Positions 25,501 to 42,864 of a stretch of 64,000 nucleotides of DNA are shown piece by piece. A program made the position numbers and the translations under genes. Under the pieces are notes generated by a model. It was not told the origin of the DNA. It saw only the letters and a program-made list of their open reading frames with translations, and ran no database searches. How positions within the stretch are numbered: the stretch's first letter is position 1; each line of letters starts with the position of its first letter. This DNA comes from the human T2T-CHM13v2.0 reference genome, Homo sapiens, in assembly GCF_009914755.1 (NCBI RefSeq), contig NC_060925.1; one strand, written 5' to 3'.

Positions 25501-26921
25501 AACCTTACTGCACACTGTTCCTGCCGCTGACTTCAAATAAACTGCAGTTTCTACTCGATTCCCAAAGAAAGCTCAAGTATGAAAGTGCCCCTGGCAGCCA
25601 GCTCCCCTGTTGAGTTACTATATTGGGTGTTCTTTCACTAGTTCTGGAGTAGTGAAGACTGGTTGGCAGGGATATGGCTCTTTAAATACAAAATTTATTC
25701 TTTTTCTTTTTAAAGACATGTTTCAAGCCGACCCCACCTTCTTGGCTCAATGTGAGGACTTATTATCTAAATTCATGTACATACACACACTCACTCTAAC
25801 TCTGGGATGTAAAATATTTCTTAGTTTTTACTTTTTATCTCTCTTTGCCTTAAAAAATGGGATCCCTCTTAAGTTTCCTGAATGCCAGTTCTCAGCAAAA
25901 ATGGATGCCTTATGAATATGTAGATGAATTTTAATAAAATGATACGAATGCAGCAGCTCTGCGTGTTCTGAAAAACGTTTCCAGAGCCCCGTGAGACTTT
26001 CAAATGCTCCTGGGAGATGAGGCTTCCTGCAGAGAAAAGGAAACCGAGAGAATAGGACATGATTGGATCGGTTCCGTTTACTATGATGTAGCATGAAAAA
26101 ATGCTGCCTTATGTCTCTTTTTAAATTCTCCTATAGCTGCATAAGCTCATGTTCAGTAAGTCATTCAACCTAGGTCTGCTCGTCTCAGCAATTCCCGCTG
26201 TGTTAAGTGGGACCTAATTGCAGAGGATAGCTGCCTCCTAACGCGGAGTCCTTATTTCATTAGCATTACAGATTGGGTTCTTGGGAAGGACATTCTTTGG
26301 TAATTTGTTTACAGATGAAGTCTTGCAGATTCTCACTTCCTTAATCTAACAATCTGCTAATTCTTAAAATTGGAAAAAAGAAAGAAAAACCAGCCTGTCA
26401 GTCTACTTGTCAGGAAAGACTTAGATGTCAGGAGCTCTAATGAGGTGCGATATTAATTCCTGCCTGCTTTTTTCCCCCAGACAACCGTGAACAGTTTCCC
26501 CCCAAAAACTAGTATATTATGCAATTTCTCATGATTAATTAAAACAATAACTATAATAAAAGAAGCCCATTTTGTGATTCTGACCTAATTGCTTTTTAAT
26601 TGCACTGCTTTTCATGTTTATTTTCAAAATTCACTTCTCTGAAGTAGTCACGAGGGAAAACGAGTGTCTGTTGAGCACTTTCTCTGAAGGTGCGGCCATT
26701 GCTGTGAAATTGCTGGTCATTGTTTGGCAGCTGCTAGACCATCCACTTTAGTTCTTAACTCCTTAAATGTTTTTAGCGATGGCTGAGTTCCAAATATATA
26801 TATTTTTAATCTATCTCCTTCGTCCACTGATTTCCCATCTGAGATATTATCTCTAATTTTGGGGGCAGATAATTCATGGCTCTGGCAAACAATATTAAGA
26901 GCTACAGTGGGCTTATATTAG

Positions 26922-28003
<1,082 letters not shown>

Positions 28004-28519
28004 AAGATTTTCTGCTGCTTCAATTCCGGTGCCAGTGTGTTTAACTGCTAGAGTTGCAGGAACATTGTGCAGATAATAAATGCCAGCATGGAGGAAACCT
28101 TGGCATGGGACAGACAAACAGGCCCCTCTTGCCGCCTCACAGGCAAGACTGTTCATCCTCAAGACCACGGGGCATCAACATCACCATTTAAGAACCATTT
28201 TTCTGAAACCAAAGCCTCTTTTCCAAGCTGGTATCAGTAGTATTACCAATTTAGTAACTCTGAATGGAGTCAAACCAGAAATTAAGTGTTTCTAGAAGTC
28301 CTCGTGGGCTGTCAGTCCTGCCCAGGTGTGTTGTTCTCTCAGGATTCTCTGGGAACATTGCTCTGTACTAGGATGCTCTTAGGTCTGTAGACCCTGCTTT
28401 GAAGGGTTCCTCCTGATGGGTTCTGCTGAGCCCGGTAAACCTTTACTGCTTATTTCTAGTATATGATACTTTAGCATCTTCCACCTATAGCTATCAGCTA
28501 TTTTTTAAAACAGCTATTC

Positions 28520-28831
<312 letters not shown>

Positions 28832-29498
28832 TTACTGTTCTTCTAGTCTTGTGTCTGTCTGTAGAGCCCAAATTTGAGAGGTGCCATGTTGAAATCTGCA
28901 CCTGCTTTGTAGGTCTGGCCTCTGAATCAGCTTCTGTGCAGAGGTGATCCCAGGGTTCTTCCCTACTGCTGGAAGAGGAGAGCTCAGGCAGGCTCAGGGT
29001 CCCATTGACTGTACCCTCACTCCATCTCCCCATCTTCATCTCACCACTGCCCTTTGGGGTATTTGGGGATGGCCTTCCAGGGCAAGGGACATGCATCCCT
29101 GCTGTCCCAGGAAGGGAAAACCTCCAGTGGGTCTGCTGTTCGTGGTGAGAACCAAGTTCCAAATATCACCGGAGTACCACATGCTTGTTGTAGGCAATGT
29201 AGAAAACAAGAAAAGAGCAGTGGCGCACAGTTGGTTCTGCCCTTCGGAAATTACGACTGCAAATTGTGAAAAGCGCATCTCTAGAGGTGTATCTGCTTGA
29301 GAGTAGAAATGGGATTTCACTGTTTTAAAACACTTTTTTTTAACGTGTTAGAAAGATGTTCTCAATATGTTACTTTTTGCCGAAATCGTTCATCTCTCAG
29401 AACGTAACTCCGGTTGTGTTTTTCTGTTTCCTTATGTCCCGTTGGCAGTTCATCTCAGAACAGGCCAGGAACTTCTGCAGATAACAAGTTAATCATAG

Positions 29499-29702
<204 letters not shown>

Positions 29703-29941
29703 TGAGGCCAGGAGATGCATTACCTGTCAGGGGTGTTAAGACATTAGCTGTGTCCCAGGCACAGTCAGACCAGGGCTGTCAGTGGGGGCTGCAGACAGGG
29801 TCTCCTGACTGCTCAGCACAGGGTGCAGTGTGTAGCTCCTCCAACCAAGGGTTAGGACCAACATATGAGAATTTTCTACCCCAGGCTAAAAGTTTATACC
29901 CCTAAAAGACCTATAAACTTTATCTTCTTGTCTTTTCTTAG

Positions 29942-30009
29942 CGTGCTTAAGAAAAGCCCGCCCCATCTCATAAAAGAAATCATCTTGGTGGATGACTACA
30001 GCAATGATC
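29942..30009 (+). CDS. GALNT2: GALNT2 exon 5 (68 nt): [22 protein letters not shown]
   Basis: tcttttcttag acceptor, C|gtgagt donor; EIILVDD family motif. Confidence 0.97.
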
Positions 30010-30208
30010 GTGAGTACTGACACTGATTTTATCCCTGTGTCTGGCTCTTCTCTGGGCACCAGTCTTCCTGTAGTGGGGGTGCTAATGAGGCGTGAACAAG
30101 CCAGAAATCAGATCCACAGAAAGAAGAGGTGCCTCTGTGATGCCCCAAGGAGATAATCGGCCCTTAGATGATTGAGAATACTATGGTTGAATGCAAAGCC
30201 CTTTATGA

Positions 30209-30403
<195 letters not shown>

Positions 30404-31889
30404 TAATTGTCTAGCTTTTTTCTGTCTTCCTCTACCAGAGCCGCTTGGGAGACTTCTCCCAGCAAACACAGGAAAGACATTAAAAGCTTGACTAATTGAA
30501 ATTATTAGTATATTAGAGCAGGATCAAATTACATTTTCATTTATGTATTTAGAAAATTGGCTTCTTTCTTTCACAACCTAGGAAGTCTTATCAGTCCCTT
30601 GAATACAAAAGTTTAGAAGAAAAACAAAGATTTAGCAATAAGAAGTTGAATGACTCCATGCTCCAGGCATCTGATAAAATAACCGGGATTCAAGTTTGAC
30701 AGCCTGCTGAAGGTGAACCATCCAAAATGGGGAGACAGTACTGCAATTATATGCTCATGCGATTTTGCAAATGCCAACCTCGGAACCTTCTGTCAGTCTT
30801 ATCTGTGCTGGAGCTGAGCTCATGAGGACTCTTTTATTGGCAGTTAGAAGAGAGGCTGTAAAGGAGGAAAGTAGTACACTGGAGTGTCTGGGAAGGAAGC
30901 TCCAATCACAATGTAATTAACATCCAGTGTGTCAGTGCTGTTAGAGACCCTGAAGACTGAATTGTTAGGCTCCTCCATGGTTGGGAGAAATCTTTCAGTA
31001 TAGGAAAATCACAGAGCTTTGGAACCCATGCCACATTTGCTATTTAAGTCTGACTGTTGATCCAGGGGTGGTGATTGTATTCCTTCATCAGTGTAAAACT
31101 CTTTCTTCTCATTACATATGCACTCCAGCTGGAGTCAAGGAGTGAAGTTTTTCTTACCAGGAATCTTATTGGCCAACACAGTGATTGAGCCTGTTAGAAC
31201 AGCATCATATTTTAACCAACTAGGGTCATCAACCTAGACATTCAAGATACATAAACAGTGGGATAAGCCTTGCCTTCTAAACAAGCTGTTTGCCAGACTC
31301 ACATCAGTCCACCAAGCCTGGAATAAACCAAAAAGGGGGCAATTTGCTGCCCCCTAAACACCTTCAAAATAACTTTATGAATTTAAACCCAAAGTATCTG
31401 CCATCCTACCCCATCACCTGGCACAGGCTTTAAAAAAAAAAAAAAAGAGAAGTGGGGAAGGAGGAAAGAGAGATAGTGTTGGCACTGTAAATCACTTATG
31501 AGCCTTATCTAACAGTGTCTTTGTCTTTAAACTGCTTAGAAATCAGAACAATGCTTCTCAGTATTAACTTTCCGCTAGAATGTTCATTTCGGTTGAACCC
31601 GTGCTGATACGTTGTTTCGGGGAAGGCATGAGAAGGGTGGGTTGGGAGAAGCCAGATTATGGAAAGCCTATATGGAACAGCTGAAGTCTGTAACAATTGA
31701 ATGAGAAAATATGTGCACACTTGCACACACACTCATGTATATATGTACCCATGTGTGTGTATAAGATCCCATCTATGTAAGCATACACACAAAGTGCTTG
31801 TAGTGATGCTACTAGATGACAAAGTAAATTAATTGCCTAAAATATTATGGTAGTGAAAGCAGTCTTAGGATCATTCTTCTGTGGATTTT

Positions 31890-32170
31890 ATTGTGCATTG
31901 ATTCTTAACCTAGCAATTTATTAGAAGCACCTAGGGAATTTAGGACCATGTCTTGCCCTCATTCACAATTAAATAGAAATTTCTGGATTTCTCTGGGTGG
32001 GGTGTGGGCAGCTGCATTTTTAAAAGCTGCTAAAATGATGCCGATGTACAGTGGAAGTTGAGAGCCTAGTACTTTCATTTTACAGATGGAAATACTAAAT
32101 CTAAAGAGGCTAGGTGGCTTTCTCAAGGCCCTTACAGCTATTTAATGACAATAGTAGGACCAAAACCATG
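31890..32170. mobile_element. MER5-like fragment followed by a MIR fragment
   Basis: agaagcacctagggaa...tgcatttttaaaagc...aagttgagagcc; cattttacagatggaaatact. Confidence 0.45.
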
Positions 32171-32843
32171 TTAATAATGAGATAAATCTTTTTCTCTGCA
32201 TTTGTGGAGATAGTCAAGTGGTATTTCTTTTTTTAATCTGTTAATATGGTGAAATACATTGGTTGATTTTCAGATGTTAAACCAGCTTTGCATTCCTAGC
32301 ATAAGCCCCAGTTGGTCATGATACAGTATCCTTTTAATATATTTTTGTTAAGGATTTTTATACCTGTGTTCATGGGAAACATTGGTCTGTAATTTTCTTA
32401 AAATGTATTTTTCCAGTTTTGGCATTATGGTTTACTAGCCTTATAAAACAAGATGGAAAGTGTGCCCTTCTATTTTATTTTCTAAAAGAGTTTGTATAAT
32501 ATTTTAATTATTTCTTTTTTAAATGTTTAATAGAATTAGCCAGTCTGGACCAAGAATTTTCTTTATGGAAAGATTTTTGATAACTAATTCAATCTCTTTA
32601 ATGGATATAGGCGTATTCAGATCTGCTGTTTCTTTTTGTGTCTGTTTCAAGAAATTTTGTATTTTATCAACGTTTTTATATTTATTGGCTCAAAGTTGCT
32701 TATGATATTGTCTCTTTTTTTACTGTTTGTCGGATTAGTATTACTATTTTATTGATTTTGGTAATTTATATCTTCTTATTTTCTTTATCTGTCTGCTGTT
32801 CATCGACGCTGTTCATTTTTTAAAAGAACCAATATTTGGCTTT

Positions 32844-33229
32844 TGTATTAGGATTCTCCAAAAGGACAGAACTAATAGGATAGATGTATATATAAACAGG
32901 AGTTTATTAAGGAATATTGACTCACACAATCACAAGGTGAAGCCCCACAATAGGCCATCTGCAGCCGAGGAGCAGGGAAGCCAGTCCAAGTCCCAAAACC
33001 TCAAAAGTGGGGAAGCTGACAGTTCAGCCTTCAGTCAGTGGTTGAATGTCCAATAGTCCCAAAGCTGAAGAACTTGGAGTCCAATGTTCAAGGGCAGGAA
33101 GCATCCAGCGTGGAAGAAAGATGTAGGCCGGGGGAGACCAAGCCAGTCCAGTCTCTCTACATCCTTCTGTCTGCTTTTATTCTGGCCGTGCTGGCAGCTG
33201 ATTAGATTGTGCCCACCCAGATTGAGGGT
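32844..33229 (-). mobile_element. MLT2A-type ERVL LTR, truncated
   Basis: tgtattaggattctccaaaaggacagaactaatagga...gattagattgtgcccacccagattgagggt, then an abrupt return to L1. Confidence 0.85.
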
Positions 33230-33887
33230 AGTTCATTTACATGTGGCGTAATCATTGGTGTGACTAGGTTTGGGTCTGCTCTTCGGCTGTTTCTTCTCTA
33301 TTTGTACCATGTGCATTTTGCTTTTTGTAACTGTGTTCCTGCTTTCTTGCCTTCTTTTGGATTCAGTGATTTTTTTAGTATTCCATTTGAATTATTCTTG
33401 TAGCTTTTCAGCAATACTTTTCATGTATGCACAGTTGCCCTGAGAATTACAACATACAGCTCTAACTTACAACAGTCTGCTTAAGAGTCAACATCATACC
33501 ACTTTAAATTTAAGAATTTTACAATAGTTAAATTGCATTTCCATTTCCCTTCCTATGTACTATCGTTATCATGCTTTTCTTCTACATACATCTTAAACCC
33601 CACAATACACTGTTACATTTTTACTTCAAATAGTCAGTATCTATTAAATAAAGAGAAGAATATGTGGATATGTTAAGCTTATCCTCATATTTTCCATTTG
33701 TAGTATCTTTGTTTCTTTCCATAGATTGGAGTTTTTATTTAGCCCGAATAATTTTCTTTAGAATTTTTTCTCATAGGCAGCACAATCTCAGGTTTTATCT
33801 GAAGAATTTTTTTCTCCTTTGTTATTGGAGGCTATTTTCTTTCAGTGGAATCTGAGTTGACAATTAATTTTTCTTTCAGCACTTTAA

Positions 33888-34210
<323 letters not shown>

Positions 34211-35009
34211 TTATGGGTCATTTCCTCTGGCTGCTTTTTGTCTCTATATCTGTTTTTTTTTTTTAACAATTTGATTATGATGTGCCTAGATTTAGTTTTC
34301 TTTATATTTATCCTGCTTCAAGTTTGCTGATGTAAATTGAATATGTAAGATGATGTTTTCCACCAAGTTTGGGAAATGACTGGCCTTTTATTTCTTCATG
34401 TATTTTTTTCTGACTCATTCTTGAACTTCAGTTGCACATATGTTATACCACTTGTTATTGTCCTATAGATGACTAGACTTTTCCCCCTTAATTTTTTCTC
34501 TGTCCACCAGATGGATCTATTTCTGTTGTTCCATCTTCAAGTTCACTAGTCATTCTGCCATCTCCATTTTGCTACTAAGACCAGTCAGTGGATTTTTCAT
34601 TTCAGATAATTTCATTTTTAAGTTCTGGAATACCCATTTGATTCTTTTTTATAGTTTTTATTTCTCTGCTCAGATTCCCCACCCATTCACTCATTAAAAT
34701 TGTTGCCTTTGAGTTATTAAACATATTTATAATAGCTGCTTTTAAATCCTCCCCTGCTAATTCCAACCTCTGGGTCATCTCAGGGTGAACTTCTGATGAC
34801 TTTTTTTCTCTTTGATGTGGTCTCCATTTTCCTGTTTCTTCTCATGTGTAGTGGTTTTTTATTTTATAATTGACATTGTGGATGATATGTTGTAGAAACA
34901 CTGGATTATGTTATCTTTCTCTAAAGAGTATTCATCTTTGTTATATTGGGCAGTTAAATTACCAGATGATGATGCTGAACTTCTGTAGGCTCTTTTTGTA
35001 CTTTGCTAG

Positions 35010-35335
<326 letters not shown>

Positions 35336-36108
35336 ATGAGTTTGTTTTTATGAGTCCCTTATTCTTGATACATAGTCTATATTCCTATGTGTGGTCTTTC
35401 TGAAGTTCCTGTAGAAGAACTGAGATCTTTACCAAGCATGTCACACTTGGCAGAACTCAAATTCCAAACTTTGTTTTCTCTGCAGTAGATAGCAGCTGAA
35501 ACTCAGTTTTTTCTGCCTTCTTAACTGTTGCTTTTCATGTTGGACTTGGTTCCTGTGTGGTTCAGAAGTCAGCCAAAGATTTAACAGGAGGTTATTGCCA
35601 GATTTGGGTCCTACCTCCTTTCCAGGATCTCCTTCAGTTTCCAGATACCAGAAGCTCTGAACTCTCTATCCTCTAACAACTCAAGCCAAAAAAGGCTACA
35701 TTGCAGTGGATTGGAGCGCATCCTCGTGGAAAACGCCGTATAAACACGGAGCTTACTCAGTGTTATTTTCTTATTTTAAGGGGTTGGATCCTATCTAGTT
35801 TCTGTCTGCTTCTGGCTTTCAAATTGCTGCTTTTTATATTTTGCTCAGAGTTTATAATTGTTACTGGAGCAAAGGTTTGCCCCATACAAGTTGTTTTGCA
35901 ATTATCACAACTTAAAATCTTTAGTCTTTTTCCCTGTTCTAGCATACAGCCACATAGGAATCACTGAAAACCCATTTTGACTGTGGAAAAAAGTACTTAG
36001 CAGACTTGTCCTCACCGGTTATGAATAGTTGCATCATCTTCACATAGAAAGCCCAGCATATATAGCAAAAGCCATTTATGACCACAACATCCAGGGATAA
36101 ATATACTA

Positions 36109-36290
36109 TTATTTATTTTATTTTATTTTTTATTTATTTTGAGACAGGGACTCACTCTTATCACCCAGGCTGGAGTGCAGTGGCGCAATCATGGCTCACT
36201 TCCCAGGCTCCAGTGATCCTCCCACCTCAGCCTCCCGAGCAGCTAGAACCACAGGCGCACGCACAGGCCACCACCCACGGCTGATTTTTG
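36109..36290 (-). mobile_element. Partial Alu (right monomer, J/FRAM-like)
   Basis: (TTTTA)n tail, gagacagggactcactc...cacccacggctgattttt. Confidence 0.8.
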
Positions 36291-36869
36291 AAATACACTA
36301 TTTGTATTTTGTGTCATAATGAACGTGCACATTATTAACACATCACAAGTATATAAATTGTAGAATTTGACCAATAGTATAACTAATTTTGTGTAAAAGG
36401 CAGACAGCAGGGCTTTGCAACTTATGTTATTTAGCTCCTGATAAGTCTTAGAAGACAGAGATAGTCACAACACTGTTGCAAATATTATCACCACTAAAAT
36501 CAACACCATTAGCACTGGAAGTCTCTGGGTGACACCTTCCTTAGCCCAGTTAGTTAGAAAACTGCTGCTGTGTCAGAGGAATGTAGTTATAAAAGTTCCA
36601 CATTTTGGTTAGTTGATAAAGGAGACTTCAGTAATGTAAAGGGCCTTTCTCAGAAGACGGTAGTTCTAAGAACGTTGTCCTCCCAGTCATCCAATATAAC
36701 TATTAAAATTAAAAGTTCTGACAATAGTCTGTCTCATGGAGCAGTTTTGATCTCATCCAGCAAGTTTACAGTAATGTCCGTGCCCAGAAAGCAGGCTGCA
36801 GAGCTGCGGGCAGGGAGGCGTCGCCGGTTGGCATGGGGTTGTGCTGGCCCTGTGGCTTCTCTCTCCTGA

Positions 36870-37022
<153 letters not shown>

Positions 37023-38769
37023 TGACGGGGGCTGGGAGGGGTGTCAGGTCGTGGGTGGTTGGTAGAGGGGACAGAAGGGAGCATGGTCCAGGGGAGGTGT
37101 AACGCAGGGAGTAGGGCGTCAGGGCTGGTAGGGGCTGAGCTCGCCGTCTGCAGTTTTCCTTGATAGAAGGAAAATGCCTTTGGGGCATTGTAGAAAGACT
37201 GTTTTACTGGCTGTAGGAATCCATCAGTAGGAGGAACCATCCGTTGACAGGTAGGAGGCGAGGATCAGCAGAGGCTGGTGAGAGCCTGATTAGTTGAAGG
37301 CAGCCCTTTTCATGGGAGCAGTTTCCTTCCCCGCCTACAGCTTCGCAGAGTGCTTAGAACATTGCCCGGCACCTAGCAAGTGCCATCTCTTGCAGCTCGC
37401 AGAGCGGGGCGTGCTGGGGAAGCTGTCCCTGGGGCCACCTCTCTGCTCTTAGTGAGTAGGGCAGGTTAGCCCAGCAGGCTTCCAGGCTCCTGTGGGAGAG
37501 GGTTGTGGCTAGGAAGCATACAGGGACCGGTGGGGTTGTCAGAGGGTGATCCGCGGCTCCACTTCTGCACCTTCTGCTTTCTAGAAACATCATTGCTAAT
37601 ATTACATTTGGCCTTTTTTCACTTCTCTCGCCTTCTGCTTGTTTTATTGACTTTTCTTTCCTTCCTACTAAGAAAGCACTTCCTTGGGGGCGATAAAGCA
37701 AACTTAATGAAAGGAAATAGAAAATGAACAAGTAGTTCTGCCTAAGCATAGCAAGGATAGCTGATGGGCTGTGAGTCATGGAATACTAAGTAACCACAAG
37801 CTACTAGGAATTATGAAGATCATATTCATTACCCTTTATCAAGTTGGGGCTAGGCCTTTTTTATATGTTACCTGTAATGCACTTGTTATCTCCGTTTGAC
37901 AGGTAAACAGGCTGGGGTTCAGGGAACTTTAATAATGCACGCAAAATCATACAGGTAGCAGAGCCAGGCTTGCAAAGCCAGTTTCATTAAATCCCTATCT
38001 GAGCCCCTCTCTTAACACATGTGCATACAGCTATATCCAAGAAGAACCCACCCTGGAATCCCCACCCACCCCAACCCCACAACTTCTTGCTCTCCCTGGC
38101 TACGCTCCGCCAGGCTGTCTCTCAGGGAAGCGCAGTCAAAACCAAAACTGCCATGGCAGTGTTTGGGTGTGCGAAGGTCACCGAGCTCAGTGGTCAGATT
38201 GTCAGAACTGCTTCGAACGCCTGCTCCTAAATTAAGGAGAGAAAGTGCCAAGCCTATTAACTTTCACTAAATTGAGCCTTATGAAACAAAATGTAAAGTA
38301 GATTATATCCTTTAACTCATACACCTAGAACCAGACTGAGCCAGGCAAGGAAAGTTGTGTTCTTCTCTGCCCTCAATGCACCACACAGCCTACTTTTCCC
38401 TGTAGATTTGCACCTGGGTGTTACAGAGCTTTGCAGTGTTTGCGTGTTCCTAATTAGCAAACACTGATGTAGTATGTTCCTCTGATGTAGTATGTTCTTA
38501 GCTCTGCTGGTTCTGTTACTAAGTTGTATTTCTAAATCTTTCTTCTGGCTAATAAGGGTTCTCTAAGTGGCTCAGGGAAAACACTTGCTCTTTGGTTAAC
38601 TGTCAGCATGGGGCACAGTCCAGGGTCTCTCACCAGCATCCGTCATTTGAGCTTAAAGAGGTTAGAGATGTTAAAAGGCCTTATGTTCACAAACTCTTAC
38701 CAGAATGATGGCAATGTGGCATAAAGACATGGCTCAATCTAGGGGGATTTTTTTTTTTTAATAGAATCA

Positions 38770-39086
<317 letters not shown>

Positions 39087-39654
39087 GATAGAATTACAGA
39101 TGAGGCAAACGTAGAATCTGGAAATCTCTGGTTGATTTGGTTAACCTTCTGCTGTGATAATATTGATACTTACCACATCTCTCTCACACACACACACTCC
39201 CACATAGAAATATATTCCTAATTTTGATGTATGAGCATTTTAGCAGTGACTCCATTCCTGAAGTTTACTGCAGCTCACAAATCACTAATGGTATTTGGGC
39301 AAACAGAAAAGGACCCTTGGGACACAGCAACACAGTTTTTGCCTTTAGCTGGGTGAACTGATGGCTACCTGTCCCATAACCATGGGTGTCTCCACTCCTA
39401 GAGTGACTCCTGCTACGCACCCACTCCTGACCTCCCTCCCTGCCTCCCAGCAGGCCACAGCACATCTGTGGATGGCCAAGAGCAAGACCTTCTGGGTCTG
39501 GGTGGGGAGGCTGGGTTCTTGAGGGCCTAGGGTAGTAGGTAGTAAGGGCCAGTTGGGTTTGCCCTGTGCCTGCCTAATACTAATGCCTTCTGTGGTTGGG
39601 CAGGTTTTTTGTTTTGCTGGGATTTTGATAACTACTCCTCTCTTTGTATTTTAG

Positions 39655-39795
<141 letters not shown>

Positions 39796-40547
39796 TGATC
39801 ACCACTCCCTCTCATTGTCAGGAGTGACAGTGACAACAGTGTTCACGCCGTAGTGTGTGTTCTGAGTAAAAACCACCTGTGTGCTTAACGAGTAGGACTT
39901 CATAAAGAGAAAAAAAAATAGGCTTGCTCCCTTAAAGAGCTTCCTGGGTTTCCCTTTCTCCTCTTCCTTGACCTTCTGTCACTTTTGCGAGCCATGTGGT
40001 TCCATGAACAGATATGGCGTCCTTTATGACCAGAGATGATGAAGCCCTCCTTGCAGGAATCTGGGGTGAGAAGCTTCACGGAGCTGAGGCTTTGTGGGAT
40101 TCAAGGGGCTGGAGCCTGTCTTTGCCTTCTCTGCTCACCCTGGCTATTTCTCTGACAGCCTGGTCTCTTTCTGGTTGCTCAGATGGAGACCTGTGTCATC
40201 CTCAACCCCCTCGCCCTCACCAAGCCCACGTGTGACCCTGTTCTGCTGATACAGCCCCTTGCATGTATCATGGTTTCTTGTACCCCTCTTTCCCAGCCCA
40301 ACACCTGTGCCTACATCACCCTGGTCCCCTTCCGTTGGAATGACCACACCAGTTTCCTGTATGTCCTCACCGCACCCACCCTGGAGCCCCAAGAGCACTT
40401 TGTCTGTTTACCCTCTTAAAAATTATCAAAGACCTCAAAGAGCTTTCATCTGTGTGAAGATGAACTATTCTAGATAGACACTGGGCAGAGGGTTAACTGA
40501 TGGTCTAACATCAAAAAAGAAGACAGTAAAACTATAAAATAGGGCCT

Positions 40548-40830
40548 TGACCAGGTGCAGTGGCTCACGCTTATAATCCCAGCACTTTGGGGAGGCTAAG
40601 GTGGGAGGATTGCTTGAGCCCAGGAGTTCAAGACCAGCCTGGGCAACATAACAAGACTCTTGTCTCTATTAAAAAAAAAAAAAAAAATTAGCTGCGTGTG
40701 ATGGCATGCCAGCTACTCGGGGCTAAGGTGGGAGGATCACTTGAGCCTGGGAGGTCAAGGCTGCAGTGAGCCACGATCAACCCTGGGAGACAGAGTGAGA
40801 CCCTGCTTATTCATACACACACACATATGT
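40548..40830 (+). mobile_element. AluJ-type SINE with internal deletions
   Basis: Alu dimer, expanded mid-A tract, tail replaced by CA-rich sequence. Confidence 0.88.
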
Positions 40831-42672
40831 GTGCAAGCAAGCCTTAACCCCAGAAAACAGAATACTTGGACTTTTTAGGGAGACTCAGCCACGGTCCTAG
40901 ACATTGTGGGCTTTGGCCCCACCTGCCTCTTGCAGGCCCCGTCATCATGGGCAGGCCATTTTGCCTCTGCTTCTCAGCTTCCCCCTCTGGGAAATGGGAT
41001 GATAATTGTGCTGGCCACACAGGGCATAATGGAATTAGACATCAGCGGGAGGGCGGGCATGCTTGGAGGACTGTACCTAGGGTGGGAAACATAACATTCA
41101 GGAACGATTCCCAGCAAATGGTGAGAAGTAAAATGTTTGGGGACATTAAAGAGGAGGGATCCTTAGATAGCTAGAAAGCCTGGCTTTCAGAATGTTGTAT
41201 TTCCCCAAGTATTCGAAGAGCTGAGATCTACCAGGCTCTATTTCTCCCAAAGCAGCTGCGTATGTCAGAGCAGGGGCAAGAACAGCCAGGTGTTCCGTGT
41301 GGGGGTGCAGGTCTTCTGGGTCAGAGGAACGGGGCCACGTTCACCCTAAGAGCATTTTATGAAATTCCTTTAGAAAAAAAATCAAGGATGCCATTCTTAA
41401 CAGATCTTTAATCTGCTATAGCCTCTCTCTTTGGACCAAATTAATAAAATAAATAATAAGATAATAGTAAACATCAAAAAAACAAAGGAAAGGTTATGTC
41501 AGCTAATCCTTAACCTTCTCTGTTAGTGAAACAGCCAGGACATTGTTTTTCTGGTTTTCCTTCGTGGCCTTTGAGGCACCATGATAAGAGCCAGCTCAGG
41601 GGCCCGCAGGGGTCTCCTCTCTGTGCATTTCTGTCCCCACTGCCTGGGCCCCTGTCCATTTCCCTCTCTCTTTGCCTGAGGCCACTCTATCCTGCAGTGA
41701 GGGAGCTGGGAGGCCTCTTTGTCCAGAGCCATAAATTCTTGGCCAGCCCAGGACACTCAGAAACCCTCACCCGCCATCCTTCAGTCACTGGGGCTGTCAG
41801 GGCGGACAGACTATGAATTCAAAGCATGCAGACAAATCCAAACTTAGGCATTGCAAAAGCCCTGTTGACAAAAAGCCTGATGGCAGAGAGCTTAAGAGGA
41901 TTGAAAGATGCATGCCCTAGAGTCATTAGGTTTTGCTGTCAGACCCTTGGAATTGGAAATGCAGCACCATGAGCCATGTGTTTGCCAAGAAGTGGCCTCC
42001 TGATGCACCAGGACAGCTTCCGCAGGTGGGGCCTGCTGGCCTCCAAGAGGCACTATGTGTGTGACCCTGGGAGCAAGAGCGAGACCTGAGGCCCTGCAGA
42101 TGCCCACAACCAAGTCCGGGTACAGGGTCTAGGCTCTTCTATCCTCAGGGGTCTGTGGATTCCAAAAATGAAATGCAACAGGTGCCAAATATATCTGAAA
42201 TTGAAGCTTATTTGCCCAGCTTGGCAACTTCCGCTGGCTCATTTTCCCTTAAAGTTTTCATATTCCCAGCATGTTCCCACTCCATTCTTGCTGCAAATAC
42301 AGTCTGAAGTTTGCTGGCCCAGGGAACTGACAAAGCCTCGTTCCCTCCCCAGCATTGCCTTCCCCTGGGGCAGTGTTGGAGGTACCACGGCTTGATTTTC
42401 ATGTTGGATGCTCTTTTTCCTCACATCCTTACAGCCCTTGGACATGCCCTGGTTATCACCACACAGACCCCAGTTCTCTCCCCATATTTCATTTTTTCCT
42501 ATGCATTTCAATATTAGAAAAGCCTGACTCACATTTTCTTTAGGGAGGGGCAGGGAGAAGATTTCAACATTCACCCTCACTGCCGGTCTCTCTCTTCAGC
42601 TACACCCACGCCCCCAGTCCCCTTCTCTCTCCTCCACACCTTCTTTTTTGGCTTTGTTTTGGTTTTCATTGA

Positions 42673-42864
<192 letters not shown>

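Noticed and set aside
31122-31135. Perfect 14-bp palindrome actccagctggagt
   Set aside because: About 64000/4^7, roughly 4, expected by chance in this window
42001-42055. REST-like gcaccaggacagc and CTCF-like tggcctccaagaggcacta
   Set aside because: REST half-site spacing is one base short; the CTCF match misses a core G; unsupported without ChIP data
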